Positions 35,471 through 50,150 of a stretch of 64,000 nucleotides of DNA are shown here, piece by piece. Position 1 is the first letter of the stretch, and each line of letters starts with the position of its first letter. A program made the position numbers and the translations under genes. The notes below the pieces were generated by a model. The model saw nothing but the letters and a program-made list of their open reading frames with translations. It ran no database searches and had not been told where the DNA came from. This DNA comes from Eledone cirrhosa (Eukaryota), in the NCBI GenBank assembly GCA_964016885.1, contig OZ024750.1, positions 54,746,001 to 54,810,000 on the forward strand, in the 5' to 3' direction.

Positions 35471-35726
35471 CCATGTCCACGGGATGAAGCAACATTTAGT
35501 GGTTTGAAGTATGCTCTAATTTTCTTCCTCCCCACATCTTAACACTCCACCCCCTTACCAGCTAAGTACACCACCTTGACCTACCTCGCCAATCCCCACC
35601 CTACATACACACAACCACACCCCCACTTTCACATCTGATACACCTCTCTTGACCAACCCATGTATACAAGTACGGAAAGCTTGACATGCTCTCCTCCAAT
35701 GCTGCTGAAATGGATAAACCCTCAGG

Positions 35727-36220
35727 CAACCCTGTAAGGTGGTCATGCAGGTGTCATGACAAAAGAGCACCTAACCCTCCCTGCAAGGTAGTCATGCTGG
35801 CGACATGACAAATAAGCAACCAGTCCACCCTGTGAGGTAGACATGACAGGAGGCCTCTAGCCAAACTCTGTAAAGTGGTCATGCTAGTGTTAAGACTGAA
35901 GGCACCCGAACCACCCTTCAAAGTAGTCAAATTGGTGACATGACAAAGAGCACCAAGTCTGCTCTGTTAGCTGGTGGTTGTCATGATGATGACACAACGA
36001 AAAGCACCCAGTCCACCCTGTAAGTTGGTCATGTTAGCAACACAACAATAAATACCAAGTCCACCCTGTAAATGTTAGGAAGGGCATCCAGCCGTAGAAA
36101 CCAGCCAGAAATGGTTCTTGCATGAGCAAGACACAGTTATTTGATATAAGTTTTCACACAACAGGACAAGTCGTCCAGCCCATGCTAGCATGTATAATGG
36201 AGTTTAAATTGTGATGAGGA
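35727..36220 (+). mobile_element. RTE 5'UTR-derived ~45-50-bp degenerate repeats joined to an RTE-type tail
   Basis: Several aaagcacccagtccaccctgtaag units (compare 404-430), then ttaggaagggcatccagcc...catgctagcatg. Confidence 0.6.
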
Positions 36221-36326
36221 TAAATACAATATATGAATATACACATATATATTATATTCTTTTATTCTTATACCTGTTCCAGCCATCTGGCTGAGGCCAT
36301 GCTGGGGCACCGCCCTTGAGATATAT

Positions 36327-36357
<31 letters not shown>

Positions 36358-36606
36358 AAAATAATTTATGCTTTGGTCCGTGAAGACGTTCCCTGGCAAT
36401 GAACGGAAAAAAGCGAAGATAATACGTCGTTATGTGGAGCGTTGACAACAATTACACGTAAAGACAAAACCACGTTTATAGTATAAATGGAGTCGTAGAC
36501 TAATATACTATTTAGGAAAATGAATGATTCTCGGCTTCGGAGTTCAGAATAATGTAAATAAATTAGTTGAACGAAAATGATAGAGGTTATTAAAATCATA
36601 AAACTA

Positions 36607-36726
36607 ATAATTGTTTCTACTTTTTGGCACAAGGCCAGCAATTATTCCCTATATTACTGGTACTGTATTTTATCGACCCCGAAAGGATGAAAGGTAAAGT
36701 TAACCTCGGCGGGACGTGAACTCAGA
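36607..36726 (-). mobile_element. SINE (family of 18333-18522), 5'-truncated
   Basis: Tail, central domain and B-box match. Confidence 0.8.
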
Positions 36727-37987
36727 CCATCCATAAAAGTAATAATAATTAAATATATGCATACACACATTTATTCACGTGCATACGCGAAAACACACAC
36801 CATGCATGCATATACATGCACGTACACATAAACACGCACCCACGGGCGTAAACCAGCGCGACACATATACCCGCACAGGTACGAACATATACACCAAATA
36901 CACATATAAATATATGTTTGTGTGTATACATATAATTATATATACATATATAAATATACACGCATAAATGCGTATAGAACGCACACCAACACATACCTAC
37001 AGGTAAATACACATATGTTCACCAAACATACATATACCAAATCCCTATGTACACATATACACACCATACATACGTGCAAACACACATGCACACCCATATA
37101 TACACATATACATATATGTGTGTGTGTGTATATATATATATATATACTCGTATATATAGAGAGAGAGCAGTTGTAATGGATAATATCACTGCTAATTCTA
37201 GCAGTCAGTGAGACTACGTAGAGGTTCTCTTATTGATATATAATTGATATTTTATTGAGTGATAATTTTTGATTTACAATCAGTTAAATACGATTGTAAC
37301 TGTGTCTGAAGGTTTTAAATTATACCAGGGACTTTGAACGTTTGACACCGGATCGAGAGTTGAATCATCCCAACCTGCTGTCTTCATTATACCTTTAATT
37401 AATCTAATTATATCTTGTGTAACAATTATATATATATATATATACACACAATTTTAATTCCAGGACATAAGTCTTACACTGTCATATCTATTCTTACTTT
37501 ACAATTGTGTCTACTAAGAGTTCCATTACAATCTGTAGTAGTAAAACAACTATTTCACCAGAACATCAGCTATCAGTCATTTATAGACAATATATATATT
37601 TTAGACCACATATCAACCTAATATATATACATTTCCTATCAAATCTGTAGCTAAAGACATAAAGTCAACCTCACTACTTCATTCTGACAAGATATCAATT
37701 TATGACTAAAGATGAAGTAGTTACACCAACGTTAATGTCGTGAAATAAAGCTGATCACATCTTTGAAACTTCTAATTTGATAACAAAGAGATTATTTCTT
37801 TGGTTGTTTTGTAACAACTAACAACACAACACATTGATTATATGTGAAGGAGGTAAGTTGACAAAGATTTACTTAATGTCTATATTAATGTGTGTAAATA
37901 ATATAATTATGTGAAGCCTACAACGATCCAGTCATTAACCAGATTCCACTGTTACATGTGATATAAAATATATTGTTATCATGACTG

Positions 37988-38195
37988 TCTTTATTATTTA
38001 AATACCTCCGCCTATTTAATTATGTGGTTCACTACCTTACATTATAAAATATAGTTTATATTTAGCTGTACCTTGTTATTGCTTTAAGTAAATTAAAGAT
38101 ATCTTTATTATTTAAATTACCTCCGTCTATTTAATTATGTGGTTCACTACCTTACATTATAAAATATATTTTATATTTAGCTGTACCTTGTTGTT
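37988..38195 (+). repeat. ~114-bp-period tandem duplication
   Basis: tctttattatttaaat..acctccg..gctgtaccttgtt occurs twice. Confidence 0.85.
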
Positions 38196-38406
38196 TCAGG
38201 GAAGTTTTGTTCGTTTTAGTCTAAATCTATCTTGATTTAATTTACTTCATCTACACCACAGGTTCTCAACCCATTTAGGCCAAACGCCCCCTTTTGTCCC
38301 TCGAATTCATGACCCCCGCCCGCCACCCTATTTTTTCACTTTTTCAATATACTACTGATTTTTATATCAGTAGTTTACTAAAAAATTGATTAACAATATT
38401 CCAAAC

Positions 38407-41400
38407 ATGTGTGTATTATCTGATTATGTGTTGTATGTGGTCCTAGATGTGTGTGTTATCTGATTATGTGTTGTATGTGGTCCTAGGTGTGTGTGTTATC
38501 TGATTATGTGTTGCATGTGGTCCTAGATGTGTGTATTATCTGATTATGTGTTGTATGTGGTCCTAGATGTGTGTATTATCTGATTATGTGTTATATGTGG
38601 TCCTAGATGTGTGTATTATCTGATTATGTGTTGTATGTGGTCCTAGGTGTGTGTGTTATCTGATTATGTGTTGTATGTGGTCCTAGATGTGTGTATTATC
38701 TCAGTATGTGTTGTATGTGGTCCTAGGTGTGTGTGTTATCTGATTATGTGTTGTATGTGGTCCTAGATGTGTGTATTATCTGATTATGTGTTATATGTGG
38801 TCCTAGATGTGTGTATTACCTGATTATGTGTTATATGTGGTCCTAGATGTGTGTATCATCAGATTATGTGTTGTATGTGGTCCTAGATGTGTGTATTGTC
38901 TGATTATGTGTTGTATGTGGTCCTAGATGTGTGTATTACCTGATTATGTGTTATATGTGGTCCTAGATGTGTGTATTATCTGATTATGTGTTGTATGTGG
39001 TCCTAGATGTGTGTATTATCTGATTATGTGTTCTATGTGGTCCTAGATGTGTGTATTATCTGATTATGTGTTGTATGTGGTCCTAGATGTGTGTATTATC
39101 TGATTATGTGTTGGATTTGGTCCTAGATGTGTGTATTATCTGATTATGTGTTGTATGTGGTCCTAGATGTGTGTATTATCTGATTATGTGTTGTATGTGG
39201 TCCTAGATGTGTGTATTATCTGATTATGTGTTGTATGTGTTCCTAGATGTGTGTATTCTCTGATTATGTGTTGTATGTGGTTCTAGATGTGTGTATTATC
39301 TGATTATGTGTTGTATGTGGTCCTAGATGTGTGTATTATCTGATTATGTGTTGTATGTGGTCCTAGATGTGTGTATTATCTGATTATGTGTTGTATGTGG
39401 TCCTAGATGTGTGTATTATCTGATTATGTGTTGTATGTGGTCCTAGATGTGTGTATTATCTGATTATGTGTTGTATGTGTTCCTAGATGTGTGTATTCTC
39501 TGATTATGTGTTGTATGTGGTTCTAGATGTGTGTATTATCTGAGTATGTGTTGTATGTGGTCCTAGATGTGTGTATTATCTGATTATGTGTTGTATGTGG
39601 TCCTAGATGTGTGTATTATCTGATTATGTGTTGTATGTGGTCCTAGATGTGTGTATTATCTGATTATGTGTTGTATGTGGTCCTAGATGTGTGTATTATC
39701 TGATTATGTGTTGTATGTGGTCCTAGATATGTGTATTATCTGATTATGTGTTGTATGTGGTCCTAGATGTGTGTATTATCTGATTATGTGTTGTATGTGG
39801 TCCTAGATGTGTGTATTATCTGATTATGTGTTGTATGTGGTCCTAGATGTGTGTATTATCTGATTATGTGTTGTATGTGGTCCTAGATGTGTGTATTATC
39901 TGATTATGTGTTGTATGTGGTCCTAGATGTCTGTATTATCTGATTGTGTTGTATGTGGTCCTAGAGGTGTGTATTATCTAATTATGTGTTTTATGTGGTC
40001 CTAGATGTGTATATTATCTGATTATGTGTTGTATGTGGTCCTAGATGTGTGTATTATCTGATTATGTGTTGTATGTGGTCCTAGATGTCTGTATTATCTG
40101 ATTGTGTTGTATGTGGTCCTAGATGTGTGTATTATCTGATTATGTGTTGTATGTGGTCCTAGATGTGTGTATTATCTGATTATGTGTTGTATGTGGTCCT
40201 AGATGTGTGTATTATCTGATTATGTGTTGTATGTGTTCTTAGATGTGTGTATTCTCTGATTATGTGTTGTATGTGGTTCTAGATGTGTGTATTATCTGAT
40301 TATGTGTTGTATGTGGTCCTAGATGTGTGTATTATCTGATTATGTGTTGTATGTGGTCCTAGATGTGTGTATTATCTGATTATGTGTTGTATGTGGTCCT
40401 AGATGTGTGTATTATCTGATTATGTGTTGTATGTGTTCCTAGATGTGTGTATTCTCTGATTATGTGTTGTATGTGGTCCTAGATGTGTGTATTATCTAAT
40501 TATGTGTTGTATGTGGTCCTAGATGTGTGTATTATCTGATTATGTGTTGTATGTGGTCCTAGATGTGTGTATTATCTGATTATGTGTTGTATGTGGTCCT
40601 AGATGTGTGTATTATCTGATTATGTGTTGTATGTGGTCCTAGATATGTGTATTATCTGATTATGTGTTGTATGTGGTCCTAGATGTGTGTATTATCTGAT
40701 TATGTGTTGTATGTGGTCCTAGATGTGTGTATTATCTGATTATGTGTTGTATGTGGTCCTAGATGTGTGTATTATCTGATTATGTGTTGTATGTGGTCCT
40801 AGATGTGTGTATTATCTGATTATGTGTTGTATGTGGTCCTAGATGTCTGTATTATCTGATTGTGTTGTATGTGGTCCTAGAGGTGTGTATTATCTAATTA
40901 TGTGTTGTATGTGGTCCTAGATGTGTATATTATCTGATTATGTGTTGTATGTGGTCCTAGATGTGTGTATTATCTGATTATGTGTTGTATGTGGTCCTAG
41001 ATGTCTGTATTATCTGATTGTGTTGTATGTGGTCCTAGATGTGTGTATTATCTAATTATGTGTTGTATGTGGTCCTAGATGTGTATATTATCTGATTATG
41101 TGTTGTATGTGGTCCTAGATATGTGTATTATCTGATTATGTGTTATATGTGGTCCTAGATGTGTGTATTATCTCATTATGTGTTGTATGTGGTCCTAGAT
41201 GTGTGTATTTCATTATGTGTTGTATGTGGTCCTAGATGTGTGTATTATCTGATTATGTGTTGAATGTGCTCCTAGATGTGTGTATTATCTGATTATGTGT
41301 TGCATGTGGTCCTAGATGTGTGTATTATCTGATTATGTGTTGCATGTGGTCCTAGATGTGTGTATTATCTTATTATGTGTTGTATGTGGTCCTAGATGTG

Positions 41401-44400
41401 TGTATTATCTCATTATGTGTTCTATGTGGTCCTAGATGTGTGTATTATCTGATTATGTGTTGTATGTGGTCCTAGATGTGTGTATTATCTGATTATGTGT
41501 TGCATGTGGTCCTAGATGTGTGTATTATCTGATTATGTGTTGTATGTGGTCCTAGATGTGTGTATTATCTGATTATGTGTTGTATGTGGTCCTAGATGTG
41601 TGTATTATCTGATTATGTGTTGTATGTGTTCCTAGATGTGTGTATTCTCTGATTATGTGTTGTATGTGGTTCTAGATGTGTGTATTATCTGATTATGTGT
41701 TGTATGTGGTCCTAGATGTGTGTATTATCTGATTATGTGTTGTATGTGGTCCTAGATGTGTGTATTATCTGATTATGTGTTGTATGTGGTCCTAGATGTG
41801 TGTATTATCTGATTATGTGTTGTATGTGTTCCTAGATGTGTGTATTCTCTTATTATGTGTTGTATGTGGTCCTAGATGTGTGTATTATCTGATTATGTGT
41901 TGTATGTGGTCCTAGATGTCTGTATTATCTGATTGTGTTGTATGTGGTCCTAGATGTGTGTATTATCTAATTATGTGTTGTATGTGGTCCTAGATGTGTA
42001 TATTATCTGATTATGTGTTGTATGTGGTCCTAGATGTGTGTATTATCTGATTATGTGTTGTATGTGGTCCTAGATGTGTGTATTATCTCATTATGTGTTG
42101 TATGTGGTCCTAGATGTGTGTATTATCTCATTATGTGTTGTATGTGGTCCTAGATGTGTGTATTATCTCATTATGTGTTGTATGAGGTCCTAGATGTGTG
42201 TATTATCTCATTATGTGTTGTATGTGGTCCTAGATGTGTGTATTATCTCATTATGTGTTGTATGTGGTCCTAGATGTGTGTATTATCTGATTATGTGTTG
42301 TATGTGGTCCTAGATGTGTGTATTATCTAATTATGTGTTGTATGTGGTCCTAGATGTGTATATTATCTGATTATGTGTTGTATGTGGTCCTAGATGTGTG
42401 TATTATCTGATTATGTGTAGTATGTGGTCCTAGTTGTGTGTATTATCTGATTATGTGTTGTATGTGGTCCTAGATGTGTGTATTATCTGATTATGTGTTG
42501 TATGTGGTCCTAGATGTGTGTATTATCTGATTATGTGTTGTATGAGGTCCTAGATGTGTGTATTATCTGATTATATGTTGTATGTGGTTCTAGATGTGTG
42601 TCTTATCTGATTATGTGTTGTATGTGGTCCTAGATGTGTGTATTATATGATTATGTGTTGCATGTGATCCTAGATGTGTGTATTATCTGATTATGTGTTG
42701 TATGTGGTCCTAGATGTGTGTATTATCTGATTATGTGTTGTACGTGGTCCTAGATGTGTGTATTATCTGATTATGTGGTGTATGTGTTCCTAGATGTGTG
42801 TATTCTCTGATTATGTGTTGTATGTGCTCCTAGATGTGTGTATTATCTGATTATGTGTTGTATGTGGTCCTAGATGTGTGTATTATCTGATTGTGTTGTA
42901 TGTGGTCCTAGATGTGTGTATTACCTGATTATGTGTTATATGTGGTCCTAGATGTGTGTATTATCTGATTATGTGTTGTATGTAGTCCTATATGTGTGTA
43001 TTATCTGATTATGTGTTGTATGTGGTCCTAGATGTGTGTATTATCTGATTATGTGTTGTATGTGGTCCTAGATGTCTGTATTATCTGATTGTGTTGTATG
43101 TGGTCCTAGATATGTGTATTATCTAATTATGTGTTGTATGTGGTCCTAGATGTGTATATTATCTGATTATGTGTTGTATGTGGTCCTAGATGTGTGTATT
43201 ATCTGATTATGTGTTGTATGTGGTCCTAGATGTCTGTATTATCTGATTGTGTTGTATGTGGTCCTAGATGTGTATATTATCTAATTATGTGTTGTATGTG
43301 GTCCTAGATGTGTATATTATCTGATTATGTGTTATATGTGGTCCTAGATGTGTGTATCATCAGATTATGTGTTGTATGTGGTCCTAGATGTGTGTATTAT
43401 CTGATTATGTGTTGTATGTGGTCCTAGATGTGTGTATTACCTGATTATGTGTTATATGTGGTCCTAGATGTGTGTATTATCTGATTATGTGTTGTATGTG
43501 GTCCTAAATGTGTGTATTATCTGATTATGTGTTATATGTGGTCTTAGATGTGTGTATTATCTGATTATGTGTTGTATGTGGTCCTAGATGTCTGTATTAT
43601 CTGATTATGTGTTGTATGTGGTCCTAGATGTCTGTATTATCTGATTATGTGTTGTATGTGTTTCTAGAAGTGTGTATTCTCTGATTATGTGTTGTATGTG
43701 GTCCGAGATGTGTGTATTATCTGATTATGTGTTGTATGTGGTCCTAGACGTGTGTATTATCTGATTATGTGTTGTATGTGGTCCTAGACGTGTGTATTAT
43801 CTGATTATGTGTTGTATGTGGTCCTAGATGTGTGTATTATCTGATTATGTGTTGTATGTGGTCCTAGATGTGTGTATTATTTGATTATGTGTTGTATGTG
43901 GTCCTAGATGTATGTATTATCTGATTATGTGTTGTATGTGGTCCTAGATGTGTGTATTATCTGATTATGTGTTGTATGTGGTCCTAGATGTGTGTATTAT
44001 CTGATTATGTGTTGTATGTGTTCCTAGATGTGTGTATTCTCTTATTATGTGTTGTATGTGGTCCTAGATGTGTGTATTATCTGATTATGTGTTGTATGTG
44101 GTCCTAGATGTCTGTATTATCTGATTGTGTTGTATGTGGTCCTAGATGTGTGTATTATCTAATTATGTGTTGTATGTGGTCCTAGATGTGTATATTATCT
44201 GATTATGTGTTGTATGTGGTCCTAGATGTGTGTATTATCTGATTATGTGTTGTATGTGGTCCTAGATGTGTGTATTTGATTATGTGTTGCATGTGGTCCT
44301 AGATGTGTGTATTATCTGATTATGTGTTGTATGTGGTCCTAGATGTGTGTATTATCTCATTATGTGTTGTATGTGGTCCTAGATGTGTGTATTATCTCAT

Positions 44401-47400
44401 TATGTGTTGTATGTGGTCCTAGATGTGTGTATTATCTCATTATGTGTTGTATGTGGTCCTAGATGTGTGTATTATCTCATTATGTGTTGTATGTGGTCCT
44501 AGATGTGTGTATTATCTCATTATGTGTTGTATGAGGTCCTAGATGTGTGTATTATCTCATTATGTGTTGTATGTGGTCCTAGATGTGTGTATTATCTCAT
44601 TATGTGTTGTATGTGGTCCTAGATGTGTGTATTATCTCATTATGTGTTGTATGTGGTCCTAGATGTGTGTATTATCTGATTATGTGTTGTATGTGGTCCT
44701 AGATGTGTGTATTATCTCATTATGTGTTGTATGTGGTCCTAGATGTGTGTATTATCTCATTATGTGTTGTATGTGGTCCTAGATGTGTGTATTATCTCAT
44801 TATGTGTTGTATGTGGTCCTAGATGTGTGTATTATCTGATTATGTGTTGTATGTGTTCCTAGATGTGTGTATTCTCTTATTATGTGTTGTATGTGGTCCT
44901 AGATGTGTGTATTATCTGATTATGTGTTGTATGTGGTCCTAGATGTCTGTATTATCTGATTGTGTTGTATGTGGTCCTAGATGTGTGTATTATCTAATTA
45001 TGTGTTGTATGTGGTCCTGGATGTGTATATTATCTGATTATGTGTTGTATGTGGTCCTAGATGTGTGTATTATCTGATTATGTGTTGTATGTGGTCCTAG
45101 ATGTGTGTATTATCTCATTATGTGTTGTATGTGGTCCTAGATGTGTGTATTATCTCATTATGTGTTGTATGTGGTCCTAGATGTGTGTATTATCTCATTA
45201 TGTGTTGTATGAGGTCCTAGATGTGTGTATTATCTCATTATGTGTTGTATGTGGTCCTAGATGTGTGTATTATCTCATTATGTGTTGTATGTGGTCCTAG
45301 ATGTGTGTATTATCTGATTATGTGTTGTATGTGGTCCTAGATGTGTGTATTATCTAATTATGTGTTGTATGTGGTCCTAGATGTGTATATTATCTGATTA
45401 TGTGTTGTATGTGGTCCTAGATGTGTGTATTATCTGATTATGTGTAGTATGTGGTCCTAGTTGTGTGTATTATCTGATTATGTGTTGTATGTGGTCCTAG
45501 ATGTGTGTATTATCTGATTATGTGTTGTATGTGGTCCTAGATGTGTGTATTATCTGATTATGTGTTGTATGAGGTCCTAGATGTGTGTATTATCTGATTA
45601 TATGTTGTATGTGGTTCTAGATGTGTGTCTTATCTGATTATGTGTTGTATGTGGTCCTAGATGTGTGTATTATATGATTATGTGTTGCATGTGATCCTAG
45701 ATGTGTGTATTATCTGATTATGTGTTGTATGTGGTCCTAGATGTGTGTATTATCTGATTATGTGTTGTACGTGGTCCTAGATGTGTGTATTATCTGATTA
45801 TGTGGTGTATGTGTTCCTAGATGTGTGTATTCTCTGATTATGTGTTGTATGTGCTCCTAGATGTGTGTATTATCTGATTATGTGTTGTATGTGGTCCTAG
45901 ATGTCTGTATTATCTGATTGTGTTGTATGTGGTCCTAGATGTGTGTATTACCTGATTATGTGTTATATGTGGTCCTAGATGTGTTTATTATCTGATTATG
46001 TGTTGTATGTAGTCCTATATGTGTGTATTATCTGATTATGTGTTGTATGTGGTCCTAGATGTGTGTATTATCTGATTATGTGTTGTATGTGGTCCTAGAT
46101 GTCTGTATTATCTGATTGTGTTGTATGTGGTCCTAGATATGTGTATTATCTAATTATGTGTTGTATGTGGTCCTAGATGTGTATATTATCTGATTATGTG
46201 TTGTATGTGGTCCTAGATGTGTGTATTATCTGATTATGTGTTGTATGTGGTCCTAGATGTCTGTATTATCTGATTGTGTTGTATGTGGTCCTAGATGTGT
46301 ATATTATCTAATTATGTGTTGTATGTGGTCCTAGATGTGTATATTATCTGATTATGTGTTATATGTGGTCCTAGATGTGTGTATCATCAGATTATGTGTT
46401 GTATGTGGTCCTAGATGTGTGTATTATCTGATTATGTGTTGTATGTGGTCCTAGATGTGTGTATTACCTGATTATGTGTTATATGTGGTCCTAGATGTGT
46501 GTATTATCTGATTATGTGTTGTATGTGGTCCTAAATGTGTGTATTATCTGATTATGTGTTATATGTGGTCTTAGATGTGTGTATTATCTGATTATGTGTT
46601 GTATGTGGTCCTAGATGTCTGTATTATCTGATTATGTGTTGTATGTGGTCCTAGATGTCTGTATTATCTGATTATGTGTTGTATGTGTTTCTAGAAGTGT
46701 GTATTCTCTGATTATGTGTTGTTTGTGGTCCGAGATGTGTGTATTATCTGATTATGTGTTGTATGTGGTCCTAGACGTGTGTATTATCTGATTATGTGTT
46801 GTATGTGGTCCTAGACGTGTGTATTATCTGATTATGTGTTGTATGTGGTCCTAGATGTGTGTATTATCTGATTATGTGTTGTATGTGGTCCTAGATGTGT
46901 GTATTATTTGATTATGTGTTGTATGTGGTCCTAGATGTATGTATTATCTGATTATGTGTTGTATGTGGTCCTAGATGTGTGTATTATCTGATTATGTGTT
47001 GTATGTGGTCCTAGATGTGTGTATTATCTGATTATGTGTTGTATGTGTTCCTAGATGTGTGTATTCTCTTATTATGTGTTGTATGTGGTCCTAGATGTGT
47101 GTATTATCTGATTATGTGTTGTATGTGGTCCTAGATGTCTGTATTATCTGATTGTGTTGTATGTGGTCCTAGATGTGTGTATTATCTAATTATGTGTTGT
47201 ATGTGGTCCTAGATGTGTATATTATCTGATTATGTGTTGTATGTGGTCCTAGATGTGTGTATTATCTGATTATGTGTTGTATGTGGTCCTAGATGTGTGT
47301 ATTTGATTATGTGTTGCATGTGGTCCTAGATGTGTGTATTATCTGATTATGTGTTGTATGTGGTCCTAGATGTGTGTATTATCTCATTATGTGTTGTATG

Positions 47401-49688
47401 TGGTCCTAGATGTGTGTATTATCTGATTATGTGTTGTATGTGGTCCTAGATGTGTGTATTATCTCATTATGTGTTGTATGTGGTCCTAGATGTGTGTATT
47501 ATCTCATTATGTGTTGTATGTGGTCCTAGATGTGTGTATTATCTCATTATGTGTTGTATGAGGTCCTAGATGTGTGTATTATCTCATTATGTGTTGTATG
47601 TGGTCCTAGATGTGTGTATTATCTCATTATGTGTTGTATGTGGTCCTAGATGTGTGTATTATCTGATTATGTGTTGTATGTGGTCCTAGATGTGTGTATT
47701 ATCTCATTATGTGTTGTATGTGGTCCTAGATGTGTGTATTATCTCATTATGTGTTGTATGTGGTCCTAGATGTGTGTATTATCTCATTATGTGTTGTATG
47801 TGGTCCTAGATGTGTGTATTATCTCATTATGTGTTGTATGAGGTCCTAGATGTGTGTATTATCTCATTATGTGTTGTATGTGGTCCTAGATGTGTGTATT
47901 ATCTCATTATGTGTTGTATGTGGTCCTAGATGTGTGTATTATCTGATTATGTGTTGTATGTGGTCCTAGATGTGTGTATTATCTGATTATGTGTTGTATG
48001 TGGTCCTAGTTGTGTGTATTACCTGATTATGTGTTGTATGTGGTCCTAGATGTGTGTATTACCTGATTATGTGTTGTATGTGGTCCTAGATGTGTGTATT
48101 ATCTGATTATGTGTTGTATGTGGTCCTAGATTTGTGTATTATCTGATTATGTGTTGTATGTGGTCCTAGATGTGTGTATTATCTGATTATGTGTTGTATG
48201 TGGTCCTAGATGTGTGTATTATCTGATTATGTGTTGTATGTGGTCCTAGATGCGTGTATTATCTCATTATGTGTTGTATGTGGTCCTAGATGTGTGTATT
48301 ATCTCATTATGTGTTGTATGTGGTCCTAGATGTGTGTATTATCTGATTATGTGTTGTATGTGGTCCTAGATGTGTGTATTATCTGATTATGTGTTGTATG
48401 TGGTCCTAGTTGTGTGTATTATCTGATTATGTGTTGTATGTGGTCCTAGATGTGTGTATTATCTGATTATGTGTTGTATGTGTTCCTAGATGTGTGTATT
48501 CTCTTATTATGTGTTGTATGTGGTCCTAGATGTGTGTATTATCTGATTATGTGTTGTATGTGGTCCTAGATGTCTGTATTATCTGATTGTGTTGTATGTG
48601 GTCCTAGATGTGTGTATTATCTAATTATGTGTTGTATGTGGTCCTAGATGTGTATATTATCTGATTATGTGTTGTATGTGGTCCTAGATGTGTGTATTAT
48701 CTGATTATGTGTTGTATGTGGTCCTAGATGTGTGTATTTGATTATGTGTTGCATGTGGTCCTAGATGTGTGTATTATCTGATTATGTGTTGTATGTGGTC
48801 CTAGATGTGTGTATTATCTCATTATGTGTTGTATGTGGTCCTAGATGTGTGTATTATCTCATTATGTGTTGTATGTGGTCCTAGATGTGTGTATTATCTC
48901 ATTATGTGTTGTATGAGGTCCTAGATGTGTGTATTATCTCATTATGTGTTGTATGTGGTCCTAGATGTGTGTATTATCTGATTATGTGTTGTATGTGGTC
49001 CTAGATGTGTGTATTATCTGATTATGTGTTGTATGTGGTCCTAGTGGTGTGTATTATCTGATTATGTGTTGTATGTGGTCCTAGATGTGTGTATTATCTG
49101 ATTATGTGTTGTATGTGGTCCTAGATGTGTGTATTATCTGATTATGTGTTGTATGTGGTCCTAGATTTGTGTATTATCTGATTATGTGTTGTATGTGGTC
49201 CTAGATGTGTGTATTATCTGATTATGTGTTGTATGTGGTCCTAGATGTGTGTATTATCTGATTATGTGTTGTATGTGGTACTAGATGTGTGTATTATCTG
49301 ATTATGTGTTGTATGTGGTCCTAGATGTGTGTATTATCTGATTATGTGTTGTATGTGGTCCTAGATGTGTGTATTATCTGATTATGTGTTGCATGTGGTC
49401 CTAGATGTGTGTATTCTCTTATTATGTGTTGTATGTGGTCCTAGATGTGTGTATTATCTGATTATGTGTTGTATGTGGTCCTAGATGTGTGTATTATCTG
49501 ATTATGTGTTGTATGTGGTCCTAGATGTGTGTATTATCTGATTATGTGTTGTATGTGGTACTAGTTGTGTGTATTATCTGATTATGTGTTGCATGTGGTC
49601 CTAGATGTGTGTATTATCTGATTATGTGTTGTATGTGGTCCTAGATGTGTGTATTATCTGATTATGTGTTGTATGTGGTCCTAGATGT
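38407..49688. repeat. 40-bp satellite, ~280 copies
   Basis: Unit atgtgtgtattatctgattatgtgttgtatgtggtcctag. Confidence 0.98.
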
Positions 49689-49854
49689 TTGTTCTATTCG
49701 CTTCTGTTTTTTTCTTTTCTTTTTTTTATTTGTAATATTTATACAATAGGGAATAAAATAGATCTACATAGTGTTAACTCGTTACGGTTGAGTCAATAAT
49801 TTCAGACAAGATTCTAACTGTCTGCGCTCAAAGTGTCTTTGACCCAGGTGACTG

Positions 49855-50022
49855 TGGGTTTTTCCATTTTTAGGATCTCAATTACCGGTTAACGTCTCAA
49901 TTACCGGACATGCCTGCACACCTTCTCACAGCTGCAGACAGCATAACTATAGTCTGACCGCAGCTGTGAGCAGGTGTGCAGGCATGTCCGGTAATTGAGA
50001 TCCTAAAAAATGGAAAGACCCA
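49855..50022. repeat. Long palindrome / MITE-like hairpin within the hAT element
   Basis: tgggt..tccatttttaggatctcaattaccgg..acatgcctgcacacc..ctcacagctgc pairs with 49959-50022. Confidence 0.85.
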
Positions 50023-50150
50023 GCACCCCCCCTAACCCCCTCTCCCAGCTCCAAACGCCCCCCTAACGCGACCTTGCTCCTAAAAGCCCCCCCCCCCCCC
50101 GCCAGGGGGCGGGGTGCATATGCCCCCCATTGAGAACCTTTGATCTACAC

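Larger units (their letters stand above)
38257..50142. mobile_element. Non-autonomous hAT (Charlie/Buster-like) element inflated to 11.9 kb by an internal satellite
   Basis: TIRs CACAGGTTCTCAA / TTGAGAACCTTTG (12/13), perfect 8-bp TSD ATCTACAC (38249-38256, 50143-50150), and subterminal GCCCCC motifs at both ends. Confidence 0.88.

Noticed and set aside
36378-36420. GTGAAGA-cgttc/gaacg-GAAA hammerhead-like motif
   Set aside because: Core C is missing and no stem I or III can be formed.
19372-49688. CRISPR-like arrays
   Set aside because: All arrays are head-to-tail units with no unique spacers, no cas genes, and a eukaryotic context.
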